From Candidatus Nitrospinota bacterium M3_3B_026 (GTDB taxonomy: Bacteria > Nitrospinota_A > UBA7883 > JBPRGF01), in contig JBPRGF010000033.1 of the NCBI GenBank assembly GCA_051418015.1, positions 427,564-491,563 on the forward strand: a stretch of DNA of 64,000 nt, given 5' to 3'. Under the pieces are notes generated by a model. That model did not search any database, was not told the origin of the DNA, and saw only the letters and a list, made by a program, of their open reading frames with translations. The stretch's first letter is position 1. Each line of letters begins with the position of its first letter. The position numbers were made by a program, and so were the translations under genes. This document shows positions 30,397 through 40,526 of the stretch, piece by piece.

Positions 30397-32895
30397 CTAC
30401 ACTACCACGTTGACCAGCCTGCCGGGGACAACTATGACCTTTCTCACTTCCTTCCCCATTATCCGCTCCGCCACCTTCGGCTGCTCCAGGGCGAGTTTTT
30501 CAAGCTCTTCTTTTGAGGCGTCCGCGGGAACGGTCATCTTCGCGCGCAGTTTGCCGTTCACCTGCACGACGACCAGCGCCTCCTCCTCCACGAGGCAGGC
30601 TTCGTCCGCCACGGGCCATGGCTGGTCCATCGCAAGCCCCTCCGCCCCGGCCATCTCCCAAAGCTCGCTCGCAAGATGCGGCGCGAAGGGCGACAAAAGC
30701 AGGGCCAGCGTCTGGACCGCCTCTCGGAGAGCGGCCGCCGCATATCCCTCGTCCTTCCACTCCACGGCGTTGAGAGTGTTCACGAACTCCATGATCGCCG
30801 CTATGGCGGTGTTGAACTGGAACCTGTCGAAATCCCTGGAGACCCTGTCTATGGTCTTGCTCGTGGCCCTCCTGACATCGGCCAGCTTCTTCGGAAGATC
30901 GGAAAGCGCTGGAGGCTGGCGGTCCGCCTTCCGCAAAAGCTCAAGATTACCCGTGACGAGCCTGTGAACGCGGTTCAGGAAACGCGACGCGCCCTCCATC
31001 CCCGTATCCTCCCATTCCAGGTCACGCTCCGGCGGGGCGGCGAAAAGGATAAAAAGCCTTGTGGCGTCGGCTCCGTATCGCTCCGCCATCTCGTCGAGGG
31101 GGACGACGTTGCCTTTCGATTTGCTCATCTTCGCGCCGTCCTTTATGACCATCCCCTGCGTCAGAAGATTCTCGAACGGCTCGGATACGCCGACGGCTCC
31201 GATATCCTTCAGGAATCTTGTGAAAAACCGGGCGTACAGAAGATGCAGTACGGCGTGCTCTATCCCGCCTATGTACTGGTCCACCGGCAGCCAGTAGTCG
31301 ACGTCATCCCTATCCGCCATCGCCGTATCGAGCCGCGCCGAGGCGTACCTGAAAAAGTACCAGGACGAGCACATGAAGGTGTCCATGGTGTCCGTCTCCC
31401 GCCGGGCCGGGCCGCCGCAGGAGGGGCACTCCGTGTTTACGAAAGCCTCCAGATCCGGCAGCGGCGAGTGGCCGCTTTCTGGAAACTCTATGTCCGCGGG
31501 CAGGATGACGGGAAGCTGCTCATCCGGGACGCGGACGGGCCCGCACTTTTCGCAGTGGACTATCGGTATCGGCGCGCCCCAGTAGCGCTGGCGGGATATC
31601 CCCCAGTCGCGCAGCCTGTAGCTTGTCGCCCTGCGGCCGATCCCCTCGCTCTCCAGGTGTTCGATTATCTTCGGAATCCCCTCTTTCCTGTTGTGAAGCC
31701 CGTTGAAGGGGCCGGAATTGACCATTATCCCGTCGCCGGTGTACGCCTCGGCCATCGACTCGCTGTCAGCCGCGCTGCCGTTGTCTTCCGGCTCATCCTC
31801 GGGGCGGATGACGCGGCGGATGGGGATGTCGTATTTCATGGCGAAATCGAAGTCGCGCTGGTCGTGGGCGGGCACGCTCATTATCGCCCCGGAGCCGTAC
31901 TCCAGCAGGACGAAGTTGGCCAGCCATATCGGTATCAGCTCCCCGGTCAGCGGGTTGCGCGCCCAGCGGCCCGTGAATACACCCTTTTTCTCCGTATCCT
32001 CGGCCCAGCGGCTGGTCGAGTCCTGGGAGACGGTCTCGCGGATGAAGTCCGCGACGTCCTTTTCAAGCTCGGAATCCCTGGCAAGCTCCGCGCTTAAAGC
32101 GCTCTCCGGGGCCAGGGCCATGAATGTGGCGCCGTAGAGGGTATCGGGCCTGGTGGTGAAGACTTTTATGGCGCCGCCGCCTTCTATCTCGAAATCGACG
32201 CTTGCGCCGTGGGATTTGCCGATCCAGTTTCTCTGCATGGCGATGACCCGCTCCGGCCAGCCGCCGGAAAGCTCTTCGAGGCCGTCCAGAAGCTCCTCGG
32301 CGTAGTCCGTGATCTTCAGGAACCACCCTTCCCTTTCCTGCTGGTCGACGGGGCTGTCGCAACGCCAGCAGGCGCCGTCTATCACCTGCTCGTTGGCCAG
32401 CACCGTGGCGCACTTGCCGCACCAGTTGACGTAGGACTTTTTGCGGCAGGCTTTCCCCTCGTCGAACATCCGGGCGAATATCCACTGCGTCCACTTGTAG
32501 TAGCCGGGATGGGAGGTGGCGACCTCCCTGTCCCAGTCGTAGGAGATGCTCATCAGCCTGAACTGGCGGCGCATCTCCTCTATGTTCTTAATGGTCCATT
32601 CGTATGGATGCGTCCTGTTCTCTATCGCCGCGTTCTCGGCGGGCATCCCGAACGAATCCCATCCTATCGGGTGAAGGACGTTGAGCCCCTCCATTCTCTT
32701 CCTGCGGGCTATGGCGTCGCCTATGGTGTAGTTTCTCAGGTGCCCCACGTGGAGCTTGCCCGACGGGTACGGGAACATCTCCAGCAGGTAGAACTTTTTA
32801 CGCGACGGGTCAGTCTTTACCTTGAAGCTCCCCTGCTCTTCCCAGAACCGGCGCCATTTGCCCTCCACGGCGCGGAAGTCGTAAAAGTCAGCCAT
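30397..32895 (-). CDS. leuS: Leucine--tRNA ligase
   Basis: MFPYPSG.LHVGH, FTTRPDT, DWGISRQRYWG, KMSKS. Confidence 0.98.
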   Translation of the reverse strand: MADFYDFRAVEGKWRRFWEEQGSFKVKTDPSRKKFYLLEMFPYPSGKLHVGHLRNYTIGDAIARRKRMEGLNVLHPIGWDSFGMPAENAAIENRTHPYEWTIKNIEEMRRQFRLMSISYDWDREVATSHPGYYKWTQWIFARMFDEGKACRKKSYVNWCGKCATVLANEQVIDGACWRCDSPVDQQEREGWFLKITDYAEELLDGLEELSGGWPERVIAMQRNWIGKSHGASVDFEIEGGGAIKVFTTRPDTLYGATFMALAPESALSAELARDSELEKDVADFIRETVSQDSTSRWAEDTEKKGVFTGRWARNPLTGELIPIWLANFVLLEYGSGAIMSVPAHDQRDFDFAMKYDIPIRRVIRPEDEPEDNGSAADSESMAEAYTGDGIMVNSGPFNGLHNRKEGIPKIIEHLESEGIGRRATSYRLRDWGISRQRYWGAPIPIVHCEKCGPVRVPDEQLPVILPADIEFPESGHSPLPDLEAFVNTECPSCGGPARRETDTMDTFMCSSWYFFRYASARLDTAMADRDDVDYWLPVDQYIGGIEHAVLHLLYARFFTRFLKDIGAVGVSEPFENLLTQGMVIKDGAKMSKSKGNVVPLDEMAERYGADATRLFILFAAPPERDLEWEDTGMEGASRFLNRVHRLVTGNLELLRKADRQPPALSDLPKKLADVRRATSKTIDRVSRDFDRFQFNTAIAAIMEFVNTLNAVEWKDEGYAAAALREAVQTLALLLSPFAPHLASELWEMAGAEGLAMDQPWPVADEACLVEEEALVVVQVNGKLRAKMTVPADASKEELEKLALEQPKVAERIMGKEVRKVIVVPGRLVNVVV

Positions 32896-33063
32896 TTCAT
32901 TCCTGATACTAGGAAAATCGAAATGGTAATTATAACAGCAGGGAGTCCTCGCCGCGACATGAAGAGCCTATTCCGAGGGCTCCCGATGGAACCTTGGTTT
33001 CTCTTTTGTTCCTCGTGAATGCAGAAAAAGGCAAGATCCCTCGCCCACCCACAAAACTCTTCC

Positions 33064-33333
33064 TCAGCGCTTGGTGTTCTTTTTGAGATATTCCAGCACT
33101 TTGCGCTCTTCGTCCTCCGAGAGGGGGACCATCCCCTTCTGCTCCATCCGCTTTCTCATCGTCTCCAGGACAACCTTCCACTGAGAGATTCTCAGGAACG
33201 AGGGGTCCGGAAGCTGATGGCAGATGGCGCATATCGTGTTGAAAATTTCCCCTCCTTCATCGGCGTCTCCGGCTCCCGCCGGCCTGGCGAGGGCGGCGAA
33301 GAGCGCCAGGAGAACAGCGGTCCTTCTGATCAT
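33064..33333 (-). CDS. Small periplasmic monoheme cytochrome c (89 aa)
   Basis: Signal peptide MIRRTAVLLALFAALA; CAICH; distal Met candidates; ATGA overlap with upstream gene. Confidence 0.85.
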   Translation of the reverse strand: MIRRTAVLLALFAALARPAGAGDADEGGEIFNTICAICHQLPDPSFLRISQWKVVLETMRKRMEQKGMVPLSEDEERKVLEYLKKNTKR

Positions 33334-33875
33334 AGCGCCTCCAGAACGGCGTCGAGCTTGGAGCCCTGCTTGTAATCCTCGTTCATCCTCACAACGCCCG
33401 CTCCGTCTATGACCACCGTCGTCCCCATGGTCGCCCCGAACAGCCTCAGGACGGCCTGGTCCTCGTCCACCAGGATCGTAAAAGAGGTGTTCGCGTAACC
33501 GGCCGCGGCGGCCGCGGCGCGGGAGTTTTCGACCGACCCGGAGACGTAATCGACCAAGACAAACCGCGTTCCCGGGAAGGCGGGAATGACGCTTCTTCTC
33601 ATATGGTCCACGTGGCTGTAGCAGATCGGGCACCACATCGTGAAATACAAAACCACCGCGTCCCGCCCTTCGAGCAGCTCTTCGAGGCCGCGCGATGCGC
33701 CGTTTATGTCCGGCATGGAGAAGCCAGGCGCGTTCTGTCCAACCTTCGCGCCGGCGCCCTCCGTCTCCGCGGCGCCGCTCTCATCGGCCCCGGAGGGCCT
33801 CAGGTCGTCCCCCATCCCCCCGCAGCCAGCGAGAGAAAGCGCCAGCGCCAGCGCCGCCGTCCTAATGAAACACAT
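33330..33875 (-). CDS. Thioredoxin-fold redoxin lipoprotein (TlpA/AhpC-TSA-like)
   Basis: Lipobox LAGC; VGQNAPGFS; YFTMWCPIC. Confidence 0.8.
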   Translation of the reverse strand: MCFIRTAALALALSLAGCGGMGDDLRPSGADESGAAETEGAGAKVGQNAPGFSMPDINGASRGLEELLEGRDAVVLYFTMWCPICYSHVDHMRRSVIPAFPGTRFVLVDYVSGSVENSRAAAAAAGYANTSFTILVDEDQAVLRLFGATMGTTVVIDGAGVVRMNEDYKQGSKLDAVLEAL

Positions 33876-34854
33876 GGCTGACTCCTATGGTGAAGATGTC
33901 CGTTATCGGGAAATTCTCGCCCCAGTCCGAGCCCCTTATGGCGTGGTTATAGGTCAGCTTGTAGACCCACGCTCGATCCATGGTGGCCAGCGCCAGGGTG
34001 GCCGAGACAGACCTTTTCTCGATGCCCGTGGCGGGGTCCCGGACGCCGTCGATGGTCCCCTCCCCTTCCCACAGATCGGAATAGGCCAAAGTCGCCGTCA
34101 GGGATTTCATCGACTCCATGAAATGGGTGTAACCGCCCGAAAAGGTCCAAAGCCTCCTGTCGCCTAGCTTTTTGTGGTACGGCTTCACGTGGCCGCCGTA
34201 CTCGCGGTTCACCGGCCGCTCGAAGTGGACGCCATATGAGTACTGGAAGGATACGTTCCACGGATAGACCGTCTTGTCCAGCAGCACCGTGGCATCCAGC
34301 CTGTAAAAACCCCTGCCGGTGACATTGAAGCTTTCGCCCACGTCGTCGTAGGGCGAAACCCCCGTGGGGAGAGTGAGCGTCGCGCCGAAATAGGCGGCGG
34401 GCTTCAGGTCGTCCCACGACTTCACGCTCCACACGCAGCGGATGTCGTCGAACGCTTCGTACCAGACCGACGCGGCGATGTCCCCCGGCCCGCTGGCTCT
34501 GTAGCTCGAGTTGGCGTACTCGTTGTCGTTCCAGACGTAGGGAAGAACGACGCTCGCCTGCCAGCGATCCGCCAGGCGCTTTGCGTACCCCAGGTTGAGG
34601 CGGTACTGCCTCAGGTCGGAGCCGGGAGGATCGCTCTGGGAATCGCCGTTTTTGTCCCAGTAGCCATCATAAAGCTCAGCGTCGAAGGAGACGTCCAGCA
34701 TCGACTTCGAAAACTTCGGGAGGACCAGCGACGCCGCCGACCCGCCGCCGCAGCACGACGCCGCCAGCGCCGCGCCCGGAGGGAGGGCGGCGGCCCCCGC
34801 GATGAGGACCGCCGCTATCGTCATCCTGATTCCAGAACACTTTGTCCGGTTCAT
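33862..34854 (-). CDS. Outer-membrane beta-barrel transporter-like protein with N-terminal Cys-Cys
   Basis: Signal peptide then ASCCGGG; alternating aromatic strands; GPGDI and TLPTG motifs typical of MetA-pathway/COG4313-like barrels. Confidence 0.65.
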   Translation of the reverse strand: MNRTKCSGIRMTIAAVLIAGAAALPPGAALAASCCGGGSAASLVLPKFSKSMLDVSFDAELYDGYWDKNGDSQSDPPGSDLRQYRLNLGYAKRLADRWQASVVLPYVWNDNEYANSSYRASGPGDIAASVWYEAFDDIRCVWSVKSWDDLKPAAYFGATLTLPTGVSPYDDVGESFNVTGRGFYRLDATVLLDKTVYPWNVSFQYSYGVHFERPVNREYGGHVKPYHKKLGDRRLWTFSGGYTHFMESMKSLTATLAYSDLWEGEGTIDGVRDPATGIEKRSVSATLALATMDRAWVYKLTYNHAIRGSDWGENFPITDIFTIGVSHVFH

Positions 34855-34871
34855 GATAAGCTTCCCCGCGC

Positions 34872-35771
34872 CTACATGGACGCGCCGGGCGTCACGGTGA
34901 AGACCTGGTAGGCGTTCTCACCCGAAGCCGCCTGGCCGTCGGTGGTGCGCTGGGTTCCGTTTATGAACAGCCTGACGAGGATGGAACCCTCCTCCCCGTC
35001 GCTGAGACCGGCCAGGCCCGACACGGAAAAGTAGCCCGAGCCCTCCTCGGCCATGTCCGTCCAGCTCGCGCCGCCGTCGGTGGAAACCTGCAGCGTGACG
35101 CTGTTCACCGGCCAGGACGCGCCGTTCTCATCGGTCAGGCTTTGCCCCGAATAAACAGCCGGGTGGCTCATCATGCTCTCCCGTGTCGCCAGGAAGATTT
35201 TAAAAGCGTGGCTCCCGGTCGAGCCGGTGAGCGACTCCTTGAACAGGTAATACGGCCTGGTCTCGGCGCCCGTCATGCTGGCGATCATGTCAGCGTCGTT
35301 CTTCAGGGTCGCCTTGGCCGTCCCTCCCATGGCCATCGTCACCTCCGGGTTGAAGGTGGCCTGCTCGCCGGAGACCGTGACATCCACGTTCCATGTCCCC
35401 ATCCTCATGCCGTTCATAACGGAGGCCATCAGGTAGTAGGCGACCACGGTGTACGATCCGTCGCCATTGTCCGTCACGGTCCCCATGGGCGTGCCGTGGT
35501 TCATGGACTCCATGGCCATCCACACGTTGATAAAACCGGAAAGACCCGAAACGGGCGTTTCGGAGGTCTTGTTCGTCACGGTGACGGTGAAAACGGACCG
35601 TCCCTCCGCCTGCGAGGTCACAGGGGTGAACTCCACTCTGTAGGTGGCCGTCTGGGCGGTCGTTGTCGATGAGTCATCGGCGCCGGTGGAGCCGCCGCTT
35701 GAGCTTGACCCGCACGCCGCCAGGGAGGCGGTCATCGCCGCCGCCATAAAAAGATTCAATAACGCTCTCAT
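34872..35771 (-). CDS. YtkA/FixH-like Met/His-rich lipoprotein (probable copper chaperone)
   Basis: Lipobox LAAC, Ser/Thr linker, WMAMESMNHGTPM, GDGSY, YYLMASVMNGMRMGTW, MMSHP. Confidence 0.7.
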   Translation of the reverse strand: MRALLNLFMAAAMTASLAACGSSSSGGSTGADDSSTTTAQTATYRVEFTPVTSQAEGRSVFTVTVTNKTSETPVSGLSGFINVWMAMESMNHGTPMGTVTDNGDGSYTVVAYYLMASVMNGMRMGTWNVDVTVSGEQATFNPEVTMAMGGTAKATLKNDADMIASMTGAETRPYYLFKESLTGSTGSHAFKIFLATRESMMSHPAVYSGQSLTDENGASWPVNSVTLQVSTDGGASWTDMAEEGSGYFSVSGLAGLSDGEEGSILVRLFINGTQRTTDGQAASGENAYQVFTVTPGASM

Positions 35772-35926
35772 GGCGCAGTTTCTCCATAGAAGTTGAAATA
35801 TATGTCCGGTGAAGCTCCCGGGCCGGTTCTCGGGTCGCCGGCGGATGGAAAAAGAGCGCCTGCCGCCCTTGCCCGCTATGGCGCAAAGACGCCTCCGGGA
35901 GTTTTTATGGTCGGATAAAGAAGGCT

Positions 35927-36340
35927 TTAGACCCTGGGAGGGCGTGGATCGAGAGAATCCTGATAGCTTTCGCCGGTTCCGGACTCCGGCGGGATCATGT
36001 TCGCGCTTTTTTCAATATACGGCTTTTTCACGCTCTCGGCGAGCAGATCGCCCCCGGAAGCGCCAAGACCGTTCTCCCCGCCGCCTGGCAGGGTATCGCA
36101 GTTTTTAAGGCAGCAACCAGATTTCGAGGAGCCGTTCAGGGCTCCGATCAGACAGATTTTCGTCCCGCGCACAATCCGGCAGGTTTTCATGTGGGAGTGG
36201 GTTTTCATGTCGTGGAAAGCCTCATCGCCGGAAGAGGCGGCATGGCCCGCATGGGCAGAGGCGCAAGCGTCCGGCGCCAGGGCCAGAAGGATCGGCGCGG
36301 CGAACAATACGGCTATGGCTTTTCCGAACCCCCTCATCAT
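35927..36340 (-). CDS. Secreted His/Cys-rich leader protein with C-terminal RPP motif (CutF/CruR/DUF2946-like uORF)
   Basis: Signal peptide, HAGH..HDMKTHSH, CCLKNC, ends SLDPRPPRV-stop; first gene of the operon. Confidence 0.6.
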   Translation of the reverse strand: MMRGFGKAIAVLFAAPILLALAPDACASAHAGHAASSGDEAFHDMKTHSHMKTCRIVRGTKICLIGALNGSSKSGCCLKNCDTLPGGGENGLGASGGDLLAESVKKPYIEKSANMIPPESGTGESYQDSLDPRPPRV

Positions 36341-36457
36341 CTAGAACATCCGATCAGATGGTTTTTATTTTCCATAACATGATAACGCAAAAATCCGCGG
36401 CAGGCCACTCCCCCCCATGACTTCGGCGCCGTCAAGTCATGAAACAAGACCGCGCCC

Positions 36458-38173
36458 CTAGAACTTGTACACCATGGGATAAAGCACGCGCGGGTTGCTC
36501 GGCGGCGGGATGGAAAACGGCGCGGTTATTCCGTCCGGCAACAGAAAGGCCCTCCCCTCCCCTTCCACGAGCCTGATCGAATATTCCCCGGCGGCAAGGC
36601 GCAGGGGCTGATCGGCCTCCGCGCCGTCCACCACCAGGCGGCCGCCGAGCTTTTCGCCCCGCGGGCCGTAGAGCCGGTACACGCCGCTCCACCTGTTCAC
36701 AAAGAGCGTCTCCCCGCCCAGCTCTAGCGCCGCGCCGGAGACCAGGACGTTCGGGTAAATCCTGACGTAGGCCCCCTCGAAGTAGCGTGCCAGGACGTCC
36801 TTGAGCTTCTCAACCCTGTAGTTCAGTATCCACACCTTCGGCTCCCGGGAGAAGACCTTGTCCAGCGTGGAGTAGTCGCCCCTCTCCGCGCCGTTTCTTA
36901 TAAGCCCGAGCATCCTCGCGTCCCACCACGCGGGCTTTGCGGCCGGCCGCGTGACGATCATCCCCACCCCGTCGCAATACCTGTCGCCGGGCGCAAGGAG
37001 GCTTTCGGCCTGAAGGGCGGTCTGGTTCTGGAGCAGGTTCGTGTGCGCGAAGTATTTCACGTTTCTCCCGAAGGAGGGCGAAAGCGCGGCCAGCGCGATC
37101 AGCATAACGGCGGGACGAACGCCCCCTCCCGCCAGCGCGGGGAGACTGAAAACCTCCGAGGCGAAAAGGGAGATAAAGGGGATGACCATGATGAAGACGT
37201 ATGGCCACGGCTGATTGTGGTTGAAAACGAAAAAGGTCATCGCCGCGGCGGATACAAGGGCCGTGCGCGCAGGCCCTGATATCCGCCTGATCCTCAGCAA
37301 CGCGACGGCCATCCCGGCGAAACAGGCAGCGTACGCAAGGAAGTCTCTGGTCAGGGTGATGTAGATGAACTCGTGCAGGTTCGTGTAATACTCCCCGCCA
37401 TGGAGGGCAAGCCGCGCGGGAGCGGTGAAAATGTGGCCGATGACGCCGAAAAACTCCAGGCCCCTGAAATAGACGGCATAGACGATGATCGGCGCCGCCC
37501 ATCCCGCCGCGTAGACCGCCGCGCCCCTGGCAGCGCCCTTGTAATCGCGCCGCAGGAGGCGCTCCACGACCAGGCCGAGCCCCAGGGCGGCGTTGAAGTA
37601 AACGGCCTTCTGGGTTGTCAGAAAAGACAGGCCCGACAACAGCCCCGCCGCGAAAGGCCCGCGCAGCCCTTCCAGCCGCCTCGTCAGGACCAAAAGCGCC
37701 GCCAGCGCGAAAAAAAGCGACAGCGGCTCCGCCCGGACCCTGAAGGCGCGCTCCATGAAGGTGGAGAAGGCGAGCAGAACGGCGATGTTGAACAGACTTT
37801 CCGCCCTGCCCCGCCCCATGTTCCTGGAGACGGCGTACACGAGCCCCACGGAGCAAAGCGCCAGAAGGGCGGTCTGTATTCTCGCCGCCATCATCACTTC
37901 GACGGAGTTGACCCCCAGCCACAACGCGGGCCGGTAGAAATAGGCGAACAGCACGGTTTTCAAGGGGAAGTAGTTTTCGTAAAAGCCCTCCGGGATCATC
38001 GCGCTGAAACCGGCGTGATGATACTCGTCCATAACGAAAAGGGAGTTGTACGACAGGAGAAAAAGCAGCGAAGCCTTCGCCGCTATGAACACGGAGACGG
38101 CCAGAGTGAACACCCGCCGGAGCGTCTCCGCCCGGCTCCGCGCCGCGCCGCCGGTCATGTCTTTCGCCGTCAT
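36458..38173 (-). CDS. Polytopic membrane protein, probable GT-C (ArnT/PMT-like) glycosyltransferase
   Basis: MDE after the first TM, RVRAEP, TTQK, many TM helices, periplasmic C-terminal domain; within a glycosylation cluster. Confidence 0.6.
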   Translation of the reverse strand: MTAKDMTGGAARSRAETLRRVFTLAVSVFIAAKASLLFLLSYNSLFVMDEYHHAGFSAMIPEGFYENYFPLKTVLFAYFYRPALWLGVNSVEVMMAARIQTALLALCSVGLVYAVSRNMGRGRAESLFNIAVLLAFSTFMERAFRVRAEPLSLFFALAALLVLTRRLEGLRGPFAAGLLSGLSFLTTQKAVYFNAALGLGLVVERLLRRDYKGAARGAAVYAAGWAAPIIVYAVYFRGLEFFGVIGHIFTAPARLALHGGEYYTNLHEFIYITLTRDFLAYAACFAGMAVALLRIRRISGPARTALVSAAAMTFFVFNHNQPWPYVFIMVIPFISLFASEVFSLPALAGGGVRPAVMLIALAALSPSFGRNVKYFAHTNLLQNQTALQAESLLAPGDRYCDGVGMIVTRPAAKPAWWDARMLGLIRNGAERGDYSTLDKVFSREPKVWILNYRVEKLKDVLARYFEGAYVRIYPNVLVSGAALELGGETLFVNRWSGVYRLYGPRGEKLGGRLVVDGAEADQPLRLAAGEYSIRLVEGEGRAFLLPDGITAPFSIPPPSNPRVLYPMVYKF

Positions 38174-39531
38174 TGTCTCAAAAACCTGTCCGGGACGGGG
38201 AGGGTCAGTATGGCAAGCCTTCTGTAGACAAGGATGGCCGAGGTGATATGCGTCCCCGCCAGGCTCACAGCGGCGGCCAACGCCGCCCCTGTGACTCCCA
38301 GCGGAGGGATGAGCGCCACGGCCAGGGCAATGTTCACCACGGCGAAGGCCAAAGTGGTGTTCCTCAAAAGTTTCTCGTTGCCGCTCATCATCAGCAGGTA
38401 TCCGACGGAGCCCGTGGCCACGTTTACGAACTGCCCGATGGACATAATCACCAGCGCCGCCGCGCCGTCCTCGAACTCCGGCCCGAAAAGACCAAGTACA
38501 AAGCCGGGCGCGAGCATGAAAAGGGCCTGCAACGGCGCCGCCGCCAGCGTCACGAGCTTCGCCGCGTCCCTGGCCACTTTCCGCAAGGCGTCGAAGTCCC
38601 GCCGGGCGTGAAGCTCCGCGAACTTCGGCGCCGCCAGGCCGTTTATGGCGACGAGGAATATCCCTGTCAGCATCGCCGTCCTGAAGGCTATGTTAAAGAC
38701 GCCGACGGCGGCGCTGTCCGCCCAAATACCGAGAACCACGGTTCCCACGGCGGAGTTGAATATGTTCACGGCCGACACCCAGAAAATCGGCAGGCTGGTC
38801 TCGATGAGCAGCCGCCTGTCAAAATTCCCCCGGACACCCCGAATCCCCGGCGCGGCCCGCCGCCACAAGAAAAAGCCCATCAGGCCGACGGCCATGGCCG
38901 CGGCCGTGTAGGCCGCCGCGGCGCCCGTAACGCCGAACGAGGCGCGGACCATGGCCAGCAGGACAAGCGCCGAGAACGGAACCCCCACTCCCATCACCAG
39001 GACGGAGTCCCGCGCCCTCTTCAATCCTCTCAAAAGCTCCGCGTGGATGGTTATCATGCTGAGGGGGAAAATCCCGAGGGCCATCACCCGCAAAGGCGCC
39101 GCCAGGGAATGCTCGGCAAAAAGCCCCGCCAGCCATGGCGCCGCCAGGACGACGGCCGCCGTCACGGAAAGAGAAACCCCCGCCGCCAGCCGGACGCCGA
39201 TACGATACGCGCCGGCCACCTTGTTCCACTCCCCGGCCGGAGCGTACGCGGCGGTGAAGCGCATAAGGGTCTGACCGAGGCCGAGGCAGCCCAGCGTCGC
39301 GCTGACGGTTGTTATGGTAAGAGCCAGAAAAAACACGCCGCTGCCGTCCACGCCCAGAAGGCGGGCCAGCGCAAGGTTGAACGCGAAATTCAACCCCGCC
39401 CCGGCCACCCGCAGGAGCATGAACACAAAAGCCCCCCTCGCCACCTCCCGCATGTGCGGGTCCCATTCGCCGATCCACGGCAGCCGCCCGGCTATCGCGC
39501 CGACCAGGCTCTTTCTATGACCGCCGGTCAT
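38170..39531 (-). CDS. Oligosaccharide flippase (Wzx/MOP family)
   Basis: LARLLGVDGSGVF, AVGVFNIAFR, LIPPLGVTGAALA; about 12 TM. Confidence 0.88.
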   Translation of the reverse strand: MTGGHRKSLVGAIAGRLPWIGEWDPHMREVARGAFVFMLLRVAGAGLNFAFNLALARLLGVDGSGVFFLALTITTVSATLGCLGLGQTLMRFTAAYAPAGEWNKVAGAYRIGVRLAAGVSLSVTAAVVLAAPWLAGLFAEHSLAAPLRVMALGIFPLSMITIHAELLRGLKRARDSVLVMGVGVPFSALVLLAMVRASFGVTGAAAAYTAAAMAVGLMGFFLWRRAAPGIRGVRGNFDRRLLIETSLPIFWVSAVNIFNSAVGTVVLGIWADSAAVGVFNIAFRTAMLTGIFLVAINGLAAPKFAELHARRDFDALRKVARDAAKLVTLAAAPLQALFMLAPGFVLGLFGPEFEDGAAALVIMSIGQFVNVATGSVGYLLMMSGNEKLLRNTTLAFAVVNIALAVALIPPLGVTGAALAAAVSLAGTHITSAILVYRRLAILTLPVPDRFLRQ

Positions 39532-39551
39532 CCGTTCTTTCTCTTTTTTCC

Positions 39552-40526
39552 TCAGGGTTTCGGTTTGCCGGGAAAAAACTTTTCAGCGAGGAAACCGGCG
39601 CTCCACGCAACGGCGAATATGACCAGCGCCAACGGCGCCATCATCGACACGGCTCCGCTCTCCCCCGATCTCAGTGACATGAGCGCCGCAAGCAAAAAGA
39701 AAACGACAAGCGCCGTGAAGACAGCCCAGACGAAACCCGCGGCTGCGAGCGCCGCCACCAGGACCACCGCCGCGGGCGCGGCCAGCGCCGCGGCCCAGTG
39801 CAGGGGGCGGACCACCCCGGGATGTATCCCTTCAAGCCGCGCGCGGCCTATGCCGAACCGGCGTATCTGCCGGTAGAAACTCCGGGGGGTTTCCCTTTTT
39901 CGATGCCAGGCGAAAAACTCCGGGACGAAAAGCAGCCTCTCCCCCGCCCGCCTCATCCTGAAATTCAGTTCCACGTCCTCGGCGAGCCCCTCCCGCGTCG
40001 GCAGGTAATTTTCGAGGATCCGTCTTTTATACATCGAGTTGCAGCCTGGCAGGTCTTCCGCCTCCGTCCCATTCACCTTCGCCGACTGGACCGAGTATCC
40101 CGCGCCCGACGCCATCATGAAAACGAAATTGACAGCCAGGGCGAACGTCCCGGCCGAGTCCGGGGGCGGCGTGGGGCCGCCAAGGCCCGCCACGTCCGGC
40201 TCTCTCATGAGATGCTCGACGCCCGCGCGTATCCAGCCCGGCGGGAGAACGCAGTCGTCCTCCGAGAAGGCGATTATATCCCCCCTCGCCGCGGCGATGG
40301 CCAGGTTCCGCCCCGCGCCCTGGACTCTTTTCGGGTTGTCCACCACTTTCGCGCCGAAGCTTTTCGCTATCTCCACGGTGCGGTCCTCGGAACGGCCGTC
40401 GGCCACTATGACCTCGTACCTGTCCCTGGGGTAATCCTGCCCGTCAAGGCTGCGCAACAGGTTCTCCAGCCTCCCCTCGCCGTTTCTCACCGGCACGATG
40501 ACGGAGACGAAGGGCGGCTCAGCCAT
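39552..40526 (-). CDS. Glycosyltransferase family 2 with C-terminal TM helices
   Basis: VSVIVPVRNG, ADGRSEDRT, GRNLAI, EDD, AEDVEL, QIRRFG. Confidence 0.88.
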   Translation of the reverse strand: MAEPPFVSVIVPVRNGEGRLENLLRSLDGQDYPRDRYEVIVADGRSEDRTVEIAKSFGAKVVDNPKRVQGAGRNLAIAAARGDIIAFSEDDCVLPPGWIRAGVEHLMREPDVAGLGGPTPPPDSAGTFALAVNFVFMMASGAGYSVQSAKVNGTEAEDLPGCNSMYKRRILENYLPTREGLAEDVELNFRMRRAGERLLFVPEFFAWHRKRETPRSFYRQIRRFGIGRARLEGIHPGVVRPLHWAAALAAPAAVVLVAALAAAGFVWAVFTALVVFFLLAALMSLRSGESGAVSMMAPLALVIFAVAWSAGFLAEKFFPGKPKP

